Source: a virus (Duplodnaviria > Caudoviricetes). Taken from it: a stretch of 24,112 bases of DNA. Under the pieces are notes generated by a model. That model was given only the letters and a program-made list of their open reading frames with translations. It was not told the DNA's origin and made no database searches. A program made the position numbers and the translations under genes. The stretch spans positions 1 through 24,112 of the IMG/VR virus record IMGVR_UViG_3300030207_003756. One strand, given 5' to 3'. This document shows positions 6,700 to 15,505 of this stretch, piece after piece; position 1 is the stretch's first letter; each line of letters opens with the position of its first letter.

Positions 6700-8545
6700 T
6701 AAACTCAACTATGTTCGTATTTGGGATCTTTGCCTGTTGTTTCTTCAGGGGCGGCAGCAAATAGTCTACGACCGAACAACGGGTGACCTAAGGCGGTCAC
6801 GCGTTGAGGGTTCGTCGGTAACTATTAATCTGATTCTTAATATGTACCGCAACCTGCAGAGCCGGCTCGAGGTTAACTATCCAGGCACCACGGTTTTGCC
6901 AGCAAGCCCTAGCGCTGAAGATGTTGTAAAAGCAAAGAGCAGCGAAGCCGCTCTTCAGTATTACTGGCAAGCGCAGCGTATGTCTGGCCATTATTCTAAC
7001 CTAGTTGGGTGGATACTGTCTTGTGGCAACGCTGCTTTTCACACGCGCTACAACGGTGAGGATGTCACGACTGAGGTTGTGTCTCCTTACAATCTGTACT
7101 TTGAGCCAGGGGTAACGTGCGATCGTGAATCAAACTGGACTGCGATGTCTAAGCTTGTGAATCGTGAAGACCTAGAAAAGGCTTACCCTGAACACGCAGA
7201 GATAATCAGGAAAGCGGCTTCGGTGCCCCGTGGTAAAGATCAAAAGAAAACTTTCTACGGCCTGTATCCATCACAAGACCTACAAGACCGATTAGAGATC
7301 TTTGAGGTTTACTTTAAAAACGGTGACCGAAAAGTCCTGCTTGATGAGAACTATTTGTTCGAGGGCAAATGGATAGGCAAAGAGATTCCTGTTCAGATTG
7401 TACGCTACTGTAAAATACCTGGCCGCTTGTGGGGCATGGGTGCTGTTGAGCCTTTACTCGAGATTCAAATTAGCTATAATAAAGTGCGCTCTCAAATCAT
7501 TGAGAATGCAGAACTTATTGGAAATCCAAAGTGGCTAATCCCGAAGACGGCAGGCGTGGGTCCGAACAGCATTACTTCTCGCAAGGGGGAGAAGATTTAT
7601 TACAACCCAGCGGGCGGGGCTCCGACGGCGGTAACGCCACCGTCATTGCCAGGGTTTGTTTTGCAGAATGCCTCTCAGCTAGCATCAGAGATGATGGACG
7701 TGAGTGGCCTGCACGCTACCTCACTGGGTAAGCGGGCTGTTGGTGTTACATCGGGCAAGGCTATTGAGGCGCTGTCTGGTCGGGACATGACTCAGTTGCA
7801 GACAACACAGAACGACCTTGAGCGCGCATCCGAGAAGCTTGGTAAGGTAGTCTTAACTCTTATGCGTAAGTATTACACAGAGGGTAAGATGATGAGAATG
7901 ATGGACTCTTTGGGTCGTGTTGTTTTTAACTACCTAAAGACTACAGATTTTGTTGATGACCCTGAAATTTTTATTGAGGCCGGGTCTTTGTTTAGAAATG
8001 AAAAACAAGACAGAGATCAAAAAGTTATTGACATGCTGCAATTAGGCTTAATCGAGAAAGACGCTGCGCTTAGGGAGCTTAAATTTGGGACAGGTAATAC
8101 TTATGTATCCGAGCGCTTGCAGTCGATGGCCCATGCCAACGACATCCTTATGGCCGCAGCATCCGGCAAACCTGTTGAGATCTTTCCAACAGATGACCTT
8201 GAGGTGTTTAAGGAAGTCTTTGGTGATTATATTAAGTCGGCTGATTACTATGAGCTTCCATATGATCGCCAGTCTTATATTAGAGATGTCTTTATCTCGC
8301 TTGTTACGTTCGGTGCCCCTGATCAGGTAGCTGCAGAGGCCCATTTCAAACGCACTGTCTTTCCTCGGCCTACACCTAGTAGCGATTCTGAGCAGGCTTT
8401 TGAGACAGCTTACCAGTCTCCTGTGTCCGCCCTGCAACAAGAAGCAGAGTTTGATCGCATGTCTAGCTTAAAGATGGCCCAGCAAATGGTAGATGAGGTT
8501 CCGGAGCAAGGGCTTCGCCGCACAGGTATGGGAGGTGGCGGATGA
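6641..8545 (+). CDS. Portal protein (P22/podovirus-like)
   Basis: 634 aa. [54 protein letters not shown] and TSGKAIEAL motifs match podoviral portals. Followed by adaptor and nozzle genes. Confidence 0.9.
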   Translation: MAKSPKAAKLKKDIDEFNTDKLNYVRIWDLCLLFLQGRQQIVYDRTTGDLRRSRVEGSSVTINLILNMYRNLQSRLEVNYPGTTVLPASPSAEDVVKAKSSEAALQYYWQAQRMSGHYSNLVGWILSCGNAAFHTRYNGEDVTTEVVSPYNLYFEPGVTCDRESNWTAMSKLVNREDLEKAYPEHAEIIRKAASVPRGKDQKKTFYGLYPSQDLQDRLEIFEVYFKNGDRKVLLDENYLFEGKWIGKEIPVQIVRYCKIPGRLWGMGAVEPLLEIQISYNKVRSQIIENAELIGNPKWLIPKTAGVGPNSITSRKGEKIYYNPAGGAPTAVTPPSLPGFVLQNASQLASEMMDVSGLHATSLGKRAVGVTSGKAIEALSGRDMTQLQTTQNDLERASEKLGKVVLTLMRKYYTEGKMMRMMDSLGRVVFNYLKTTDFVDDPEIFIEAGSLFRNEKQDRDQKVIDMLQLGLIEKDAALRELKFGTGNTYVSERLQSMAHANDILMAAASGKPVEIFPTDDLEVFKEVFGDYIKSADYYELPYDRQSYIRDVFISLVTFGAPDQVAAEAHFKRTVFPRPTPSSDSEQAFETAYQSPVSALQQEAEFDRMSSLKMAQQMVDEVPEQGLRRTGMGGGG

Positions 8546-9228
8546 GAACAGGTGAGGTTTATGATCTTTTTAGATCTTTAATTGATGAACCCGACGAAAC
8601 GTTTCTGACGCTAGCTCAGGCGCAGTTAATGTGTGATCTTGGTTATCGTGAGTTTCGCCAGACTGTAACCGATATTGATCCTGAGGTTTATGTTGAGCGA
8701 TTTTTTATACAACCATCTAGTACGGAATACGACTTGGCAGGAGCGCTGTTCCTTAGTGCTGCTGGTGCTGCTGGTACTAATCCCGCTCAAAGAATCGTGC
8801 GCATCGGTCAAGTTGATAGTGCAGCTAACGATGCTCTTGCCTATTATTTAGTGCCGACACAAACGCCGGTCCAAGTAGAAAACCTCGAGGGTGATTTTTG
8901 TCTGCAGAATACTAAGCTTATATTTTCGGGGCGTATGGATGCAAACACCTTGCGTATTGAGTACATTCCGGAAAGCACTATTCTGAGCACTGCCTGGGCC
9001 AGCGGCAATGCAACAGCTATTGACAACCTTGCGGTTCACCATCCGTTGATTGCTTTGTACGCTGCTCGTTATTACATGATTCGGGATGGTGCTCCCAACA
9101 CCACGTTGGTAGCGCAACTAAACCAAAAAGAGGCGGCCCTAAAAGCATACCTCAGTGTTGGGCGATCTACTGATAGTTCGCATTACATTGTGCCAATACG
9201 TGGTTACTCAAAAGTGGTGGTGAGCTAA
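8542..9228 (+). CDS. Head-tail adaptor / tail tubular protein A-like
   Basis: 228 aa with ATGA overlap and GGAGG RBS. N-terminal helices (VYDLFRSLIDEP), central beta region and C-terminal HPLIALYAARY helix. Lies between portal and nozzle. Confidence 0.75.
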   Translation: MRTGEVYDLFRSLIDEPDETFLTLAQAQLMCDLGYREFRQTVTDIDPEVYVERFFIQPSSTEYDLAGALFLSAAGAAGTNPAQRIVRIGQVDSAANDALAYYLVPTQTPVQVENLEGDFCLQNTKLIFSGRMDANTLRIEYIPESTILSTAWASGNATAIDNLAVHHPLIALYAARYYMIRDGAPNTTLVAQLNQKEAALKAYLSVGRSTDSSHYIVPIRGYSKVVVS

Positions 9229-11843
9229 TGGCTGTAGGTGGGCTCGAAGTTGAACTCGTTACCGGAGGGATCACAGAGCAGCCTGCTGACCGTGGTCGAT
9301 GGGTGCAAAACCTCTGGGTGCGCAGAGGTAGGTCTAACTGGGAGACACGGCCTGGTTTTGGCCAGCTTGCAAGCTACAACACGACTTTAGATACGCCTCC
9401 AAATCTGTCGGATGTACCTAACGCTTTCGGTTACGATGCTCACCTAGGCTCGGTATCGGTCCCTACTTCTTTCGGTACAACTCATATTGTCTCAGTCTTT
9501 CGTATGAAGTCTTATACGGGACAGTCTTTGTTTTCTGTTGCGGGTGTAGGTCAGTGGACCTCGCTATATGCAGTGTCAATTGTTGACAGCGCCACTGGGG
9601 ATCGTTGGGAAGAGGTTCTGTTTAACCATACGTCCAAACTAAAAGACGGACCAGTGACAATGGATAACTGGGCGGGGTGTTACGAAACAAACGAGGATTT
9701 TGATAATCAGTCTTTTGTCTTTGGTACAGATGATAGGTTTCATTTCCATGTTTATGACAATGTTTTGTTTTTTGGTAATAGAGTTACCGGGGTTTTAACT
9801 TATGCGCCGTCTGATTTTAGAAAGTCTCGCAGAAAAGCTGTGGACTCTTCTTTGCCGAACAATGTTGTCAAGGGGTACAGTGAATCATCGTTGGTCGTTC
9901 CTATGGTCGCTGTGCCTGGCTTGTATCCTGATGATAATGTTTATTTACAAAGCAGAGATCTCCCCCCGTGTGTCGCTATTACTTCGTTCAAAGGCGTTCT
10001 TGTTTGGGTAGGGGAGCACGAGATTTATTTCTCTGAACCAAACGTGCCGAACTCTTTTAGGGCTTTGTCGTTTACTGTTGTCCCTAGCCAAAAACCAGTA
10101 ACAGCCGTCAGTGTTCTGCTTGATAACATAATTATTTTTACTGATTCGGAAACTTTTTTATACCAACCTTCTGTAGGTGATGATCTTAGTGCCGGTGTTT
10201 TTGTTACCAGCAGTACCAGCATTGGCTGTTTAGGCACCAACACTATTACCAAGTTCGGTAACAACATAGCATGGTTAGATCGTAATGGTATCTACGCTAC
10301 GTCCAACGGTTTAAACACCGAGCGTATCAGTGATAGCATTCATGAGTTTTTTGCTAACGGTGTTACCTGCCCGCTAAATCATTACCTCACAGCCAATGGT
10401 GCCACCGATGTAAGTGCTAACCTTCAGCCAAGAACACTTTTAAAATTTAGAGATGACGAGTTTTCTTCTCTAACTTTCTGGGAAAAAGAAGAGCAGCTTC
10501 TGTTTTGCAGCCCAACAAACAAAATTATTTGGTGTTTTAGCCAGGGCAGTTGGTCGCTGTGGACTGTCGAGTCTTGTGTTTCTGAGGCCGGTGGTGCGTC
10601 ACTTGTTGAAGCAAATCACAACATCCAAGAGCCTTACATTCTTGTTGGTGATAATCGCTTGTTTTGCGTGGGAAGTTTTGATCAAGACGTTAGCGTAGAT
10701 GCGTCCTCTAGCAAAGGATGTATTAGTTCTGCTTATTATTTGCTTGAGGCTGGCAGGGGCGGCTCGTTAGACAGGTCATATGAATATGAAGACTACCGAT
10801 CTGTAAGTAATTTTTATAGTTTATATCCTGTGATTTCTGGGCCTGGTGGTAGCTTCACAATACCTGATGATGGTAGATTTTATTTTGATGAGCCCGAGCT
10901 TGACCCTGTAAGTGGCGACCTGTTTCAGCTTGTGTCAATTTACCCAGGTCCAAATACAGCTTGGAATGAAATTCAAGATGTGACTTTGCAGTTTACTTTC
11001 AGCGCTATGGATTGGCAACTAAAAGAAAACCCTGCAGTACCTGGCGAGTTGTTTGAAATGTTGCCAACCGAAAGACTGGCATCGTCTTCGGCGTATATAA
11101 TTAAAACTGTTAACAACAACACTGGGGCTGTAACAATTCAGTTAAGCGGCGCCCCTTTTGCTATGGCGTTACAACAAAAAAACCCTTTCTTTATTTTAAG
11201 GTGGTCAAGAAAAACGTCGTCAACACGTTTAGATTTTGGTGTGTCTGTAACGCTGGCTACGCTTATTGATACTGTTACATCAGCAGATTGCCGTGTTTAT
11301 GTGTGGAACCAAAAGAACGCACCGCTTCCGGCTGCTGACCATAAAGCTCAAGCTGTAGACTGGGCTTATAAAAGTGAGCAGGTTGGCGAGTCAGGAAACA
11401 CGCAGGTAAGAAGCCGTGGTTTGTTTAGCCGCCTGTTGAGTCACGGGGCGTCGTCGTCTCCTATTGTGCCTAACTGGCTCTGGGGTCTGTTCAATGTTTT
11501 GAGCGCTAGTGATTGGAAGGGTTGGTCATCGCAAGTTGTAGACTTCACAGGTGAGACACCGGCCATTGAAACAGTAGCAAATAAAAAAACAATTAGAACG
11601 AGATTCAAAAACAGCAGCGGTGCTCTTGCGACGAGAACGTTTAGCGGTGAGCCTAAATACGGTGAATACCTTGTTGATGACACTGAGTTTAATACTGTCG
11701 CTGTTTCAGACAGCGCTCGAGGTGAGCACATTACTTACATGATATTTGGTTTTATAAGAGACAAAGCTGAAAAACTTGTCCTTGCTAGCAGCAAAGCAAC
11801 CATGAGGCCAAATCAGGGCTCTCGCCGCAGGACTGGTAGATGA
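9228..11843 (+). CDS. Tail nozzle / stabilization protein (P22 gp10 / T7 gp12-like beta-propeller)
   Basis: 871 aa, beta-rich. N-terminal VQNLW..ETRPG, IYFSEPNVPNSF and SIGCLGTNTI....IAWLDRNGIY...ISDSI motifs are typical of podoviral gp10-like proteins. Confidence 0.8.
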   Translation: MAVGGLEVELVTGGITEQPADRGRWVQNLWVRRGRSNWETRPGFGQLASYNTTLDTPPNLSDVPNAFGYDAHLGSVSVPTSFGTTHIVSVFRMKSYTGQSLFSVAGVGQWTSLYAVSIVDSATGDRWEEVLFNHTSKLKDGPVTMDNWAGCYETNEDFDNQSFVFGTDDRFHFHVYDNVLFFGNRVTGVLTYAPSDFRKSRRKAVDSSLPNNVVKGYSESSLVVPMVAVPGLYPDDNVYLQSRDLPPCVAITSFKGVLVWVGEHEIYFSEPNVPNSFRALSFTVVPSQKPVTAVSVLLDNIIIFTDSETFLYQPSVGDDLSAGVFVTSSTSIGCLGTNTITKFGNNIAWLDRNGIYATSNGLNTERISDSIHEFFANGVTCPLNHYLTANGATDVSANLQPRTLLKFRDDEFSSLTFWEKEEQLLFCSPTNKIIWCFSQGSWSLWTVESCVSEAGGASLVEANHNIQEPYILVGDNRLFCVGSFDQDVSVDASSSKGCISSAYYLLEAGRGGSLDRSYEYEDYRSVSNFYSLYPVISGPGGSFTIPDDGRFYFDEPELDPVSGDLFQLVSIYPGPNTAWNEIQDVTLQFTFSAMDWQLKENPAVPGELFEMLPTERLASSSAYIIKTVNNNTGAVTIQLSGAPFAMALQQKNPFFILRWSRKTSSTRLDFGVSVTLATLIDTVTSADCRVYVWNQKNAPLPAADHKAQAVDWAYKSEQVGESGNTQVRSRGLFSRLLSHGASSSPIVPNWLWGLFNVLSASDWKGWSSQVVDFTGETPAIETVANKKTIRTRFKNSSGALATRTFSGEPKYGEYLVDDTEFNTVAVSDSARGEHITYMIFGFIRDKAEKLVLASSKATMRPNQGSRRRTGR

Positions 11844-12436
11844 AAACAGATCGTATTTACAATAGAAACGAGTCTCGTGTTGGAACTGTAAACAGGCAAA
11901 CTGATCAAGCTTCGGTCAATGTTATCCGTCGTTTAGGTCAGGAAGTGTTAAGCCCTAACAGTCAGGTAGTAACATCTCAAAACAACCATGTAGGTTTGTA
12001 TGTTCCGTACTCAATTAATAATGGAACCAGCATTGAGCAAACCAAAGCAACGATAGTTTGTGCGCCTGGGACCACTTTTAATAGGCAAGTAAAAATTACA
12101 GGAACTGCTATTCTTACTAATTGTTATATTGACTGCTTTGAAAACGAGCCCGGCGTTGTTGTTGAGAGTGGTGGCCGCCTAATCTTAAGGGCGAGCCACA
12201 TCACCAAATCAACAAACAAACAAACCGCCGCTACAGATACTTACATTCGTGTAAAAGAGGGTGGTTATCTTTCTGTTTCTGATTGTGTTTTTCATGGGAC
12301 ACAAAGCAACACAGGTAAGATTATTGTTAATGATGATGCTGTAAATACTGGCCGTGTTGCTGTATTAGGCAGCATGAACCTTACCGATATTGCTTCACCA
12401 TACACTAATGTCGGCTACACGCAGGATGTCCCATGA
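11840..12436 (+). CDS. Putative tail-associated protein with short right-handed beta-helix
   Basis: Repeating units (AILTNCYID; GVVVESGGRLILRASHIT; IRVKEGGYLSVSDCVFHG) resemble pectin-lyase-like beta-helix coils. ATGA overlaps at both ends. Confidence 0.6.
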   Translation: MKTDRIYNRNESRVGTVNRQTDQASVNVIRRLGQEVLSPNSQVVTSQNNHVGLYVPYSINNGTSIEQTKATIVCAPGTTFNRQVKITGTAILTNCYIDCFENEPGVVVESGGRLILRASHITKSTNKQTAATDTYIRVKEGGYLSVSDCVFHGTQSNTGKIIVNDDAVNTGRVAVLGSMNLTDIASPYTNVGYTQDVP

Positions 12437-13275
12437 GTAATCGGGTTGTTACAGATCAGCAGTTTTCTGAAGGAACAACTATTGATGGCAACCGCATCGA
12501 AGACGGGATGCAGGATGTTGAGCGTTTTTTAGATAAAGTTCCGCAAGAGTTTGTTCGTCGTCGGTTTGTTGAAAATCAAATTGTTTCAGGGTTTTCGCCT
12601 GTTCCCGGCAAGTGGCAAACAGACACCGCCCCCATTGTTATGTTTAGGCATCCGTGGTTATGGCATTTTAATAGTGACAGCACGAACCCAGAAAACATTA
12701 CAAACCAACATAGACTTAAAGGTTATGGTCCTACTGGTAAATATTTTTGGACGCAATCTGTGCAGTTTGCACGGCCGGTTATAATTGATTCTTTCAATCT
12801 TGTAATGGCTCACGATCTAGGAACAGGAAGCGGAAGTTCTGAAGCGGACGATCAGCAATATAAGATGGGCACAACATATTATCCCAACTACGTGCCTCCA
12901 AACATAAATGATTTTGAGCTTCATATTACGATTGATAATATTCACACGCCAGAGGACAGAAGCCAGAACAGCATGGAAGTACACAAGCATAAGTTCTCAG
13001 GAGCAAGCTGTTTAATACGTCCTTATGTTGTAAGTGGTTCTGAGGCTCCTGTAAATGATATGAGTCCGGCTGTGCCAGGGGGTGGTCTGAGCGGTTACGC
13101 TGTTGTTATTCCAGATCTCAATATTCCATTGCACGCTCATTCACGCGCTCGATTTGTTATAGTAATACCTTATTACTCTAAGGTTGCCGATCAAGTAAAC
13201 TGGACTGCGTTTCCGTGGTCCACTTCTGTGTGGAATCAATCAGTAGGTATTTTAGAGGCTAATCAAAATGTCTAA
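12433..13275 (+). CDS. Putative virion structural (tail) protein, beta-rich
   Basis: 280 aa in the tail module. N-terminal FSEGTTIDGNRI followed by a helix resembles fibre-attachment segments; the rest is beta-sandwich-like. Confidence 0.6.
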   Translation: MSNRVVTDQQFSEGTTIDGNRIEDGMQDVERFLDKVPQEFVRRRFVENQIVSGFSPVPGKWQTDTAPIVMFRHPWLWHFNSDSTNPENITNQHRLKGYGPTGKYFWTQSVQFARPVIIDSFNLVMAHDLGTGSGSSEADDQQYKMGTTYYPNYVPPNINDFELHITIDNIHTPEDRSQNSMEVHKHKFSGASCLIRPYVVSGSEAPVNDMSPAVPGGGLSGYAVVIPDLNIPLHAHSRARFVIVIPYYSKVADQVNWTAFPWSTSVWNQSVGILEANQNV

Positions 13276-14887
13276 ACTTAATTTTAAAAGGTTAAGCCGT
13301 GGCGTTAAGCTCCTTACTGATCACATTCACGCTCAGCTACAAAGTGCTTTAACTTTAGTTACGAGCACTAAAGTGCCGCAGGAGAACTTGGAACAAAACG
13401 CTGGCGTGTCAAGGTTGTCATTTAGTTGGCCTGTTGCACAAGGTATTGTCGTTGGCACCCCTGATAATTATTTGAGTGCTGCTTTCAATTTGTTGCCGCC
13501 ACAAGAGGAGTTTCGCAATGACGGGATTTTAAACCCTGATGATCCTACTCTTATTTTGGATACGTTAAGTTTTTCTTTTGATGTTCGTGATGAGGCTGCG
13601 AGGCTTCAGAGTTCAGCCGTGGGTTTTCCAGCAACTTCTACAGAAGGAGCTTTGGATTTTACCGACGTTGATAAACTATCTTTTAAAATTACCATTTTTG
13701 AAAAAATACCTAATGGTTTTTCAGGGGCAACCAGCGCTACTAATTTTGATAAAACCGTGTTTTCTATAGATTACCCAAACACTTTATACTCCGGCAAATA
13801 CAACCGAAATAACCCTGTTGTTCTCGAGGACATTGGCGTTATGATGAATCCGTATCGCACGTATTTGTTGGTTGTTGATTGTAGCAGCTATCTAAGTAGC
13901 TCGAACTTTCAGGTTAACAGTGTCATGGTTTCAATGACCTTTAATTCTACTTTAAGGTTACGAGATAGTGGGTCAACAAATGTGCAGAATATACCGCAAA
14001 GCACTGAGTTGGCTGGCGGCGAGCAGTATGGCGGCTCGTATGTAAGCGCCGAAACAATTACAACTCCTGCTGCTGGTGCTGTTATCAAAGCAGAAACCAC
14101 AGGTTCTGATACTGGCGTGCAAGGTAGTTTTGAGAAAATAGATACAGCGGTTCGCCATGGTTTATCTGGTGGGTATACCACAAAGGGAAGACGCTTTGGT
14201 TACGAAAGCCTTCTCAATGATGCTGCCTATCAGGTTATAGCAGTGCCCATGTGGGGTAATGGTTGGCTCGTTAAACCTGGCCAGGTTTGGAATCAGTACC
14301 TGCCTTATATGGGCGTAACTCCTTACTCCGACGAAGTTGTTGATCGCAGAATAATCCCAATACATTATCCAATGGTTATCCACCATGTTACGTGTTTTTT
14401 AAACTATCAAGAGTGCTCACCTCCCACAACAGGTACGTTTCAGTATAAAGTTGGTGTTGGTATTGGATGTGGTTTGAGATCAGATAGCCACTCATACCGA
14501 CAGGTTGCTTATAAAAAAATAGACTCAACGGTTGTCCCGTTTGACAACTACACTGCAAGCCCAACGGCTGTTGGCACGGTTAGTGGTTATGGTAAAATAT
14601 ACGATATCCCATTGGTTGGTACCGGTGGTTTCGGTCTGTCTAGTACAACAGGTAAGCCGTTTTACGTTGGTCAGGCTAATAGCACAGAAGAATTAAGGTC
14701 ACCGGCAGCCGAGGTTGTTGGTGGTGCCGCTGTGTCTCAACCTAGTATTGACGGTAAAGAACAATGGATTGAAGTTCGCATGAGTCTAGGAGATACTGCT
14801 GGGATTGAGAACATGCCCGCTACACAGGGACTTGTTGGATATGGCGGCCATTGGGTATACATTATTGGTAAAAGACACGCTTGTTAG
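13268..14887 (+). CDS. Putative virion structural (tail) protein, apparently two tandem beta modules
   Basis: 539 aa, Ser/Thr/Gly/Val-rich, overlapping the upstream gene. Shows weak similarity by eye to the 280-aa protein. Confidence 0.6.
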   Translation: MSKLNFKRLSRGVKLLTDHIHAQLQSALTLVTSTKVPQENLEQNAGVSRLSFSWPVAQGIVVGTPDNYLSAAFNLLPPQEEFRNDGILNPDDPTLILDTLSFSFDVRDEAARLQSSAVGFPATSTEGALDFTDVDKLSFKITIFEKIPNGFSGATSATNFDKTVFSIDYPNTLYSGKYNRNNPVVLEDIGVMMNPYRTYLLVVDCSSYLSSSNFQVNSVMVSMTFNSTLRLRDSGSTNVQNIPQSTELAGGEQYGGSYVSAETITTPAAGAVIKAETTGSDTGVQGSFEKIDTAVRHGLSGGYTTKGRRFGYESLLNDAAYQVIAVPMWGNGWLVKPGQVWNQYLPYMGVTPYSDEVVDRRIIPIHYPMVIHHVTCFLNYQECSPPTTGTFQYKVGVGIGCGLRSDSHSYRQVAYKKIDSTVVPFDNYTASPTAVGTVSGYGKIYDIPLVGTGGFGLSSTTGKPFYVGQANSTEELRSPAAEVVGGAAVSQPSIDGKEQWIEVRMSLGDTAGIENMPATQGLVGYGGHWVYIIGKRHAC

Positions 14888-14896
14888 GGTAATGCA

Positions 14897-15496
14897 ATGA
14901 TTAGGTTTGGAAGCAGAAGAAGAAACAGAGAAAACCAGACAGGGTTTGGCCGCAAAATTGCTGCAGCTAGAATGGAAGAAGAAAAATTAAGAGATGAGGG
15001 CATCGGTTTATACGATGAAACTCTTGATATGATGGAGGCCGAGCAGCAAAACGTGCAAAGAGATTTGCGCGCTGGTGTGGACCGAGCGGCTAGTCAAACT
15101 TTTGGCAGGGGTCTTGGTCGTGCTCGTAGTGGCGGGGCTTTGCGTGGCCAGTCGCAACTTGAGATGGATCTTCGTAGACAGGCTGGTGAAGCTCGTCGTC
15201 GTTTCCAAACAGAAAAGCAGCAAGTAAAAGCTGACCAGTTAGCTTTCAAGCGCCAGACAATGAAGACATCTACTCAGTTGCAAGCGGAAGCTTCTGATCA
15301 CAAGCAAGCTATAGACGAAGCTTATGATAGAGCAACGTTCCTTGGTTTTATGAACGATGCAACGTACAGAGATGAAATAGATAACTACATTGATCGCATG
15401 GGTTTAACAGGTGAGGCAGCAGACGCAGTGCGATCGGCCGCTGACGATAAAAGGCGCACAGCGTTTTTCAATATTTCCAATATTTCGGTGGGCTAG
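14897..15496 (+). CDS. Putative small ejection (internal virion) protein
   Basis: 199 aa, helical and charged, with a GRGLGRARSGGA segment. First of three genes of increasing size after the tail genes, matching the podoviral ejectosome arrangement. Confidence 0.55.
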   Translation: MIRFGSRRRNRENQTGFGRKIAAARMEEEKLRDEGIGLYDETLDMMEAEQQNVQRDLRAGVDRAASQTFGRGLGRARSGGALRGQSQLEMDLRRQAGEARRRFQTEKQQVKADQLAFKRQTMKTSTQLQAEASDHKQAIDEAYDRATFLGFMNDATYRDEIDNYIDRMGLTGEAADAVRSAADDKRRTAFFNISNISVG

Positions 15497-15505
15497 GAGC
15501 GTTCA

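Noticed and set aside
8521-8545. Portal C-terminal GGGG resembling a ubiquitin-like di-glycine end
   Set aside because: Explained by the embedded Shine-Dalgarno GGAGGTGG of the next gene.
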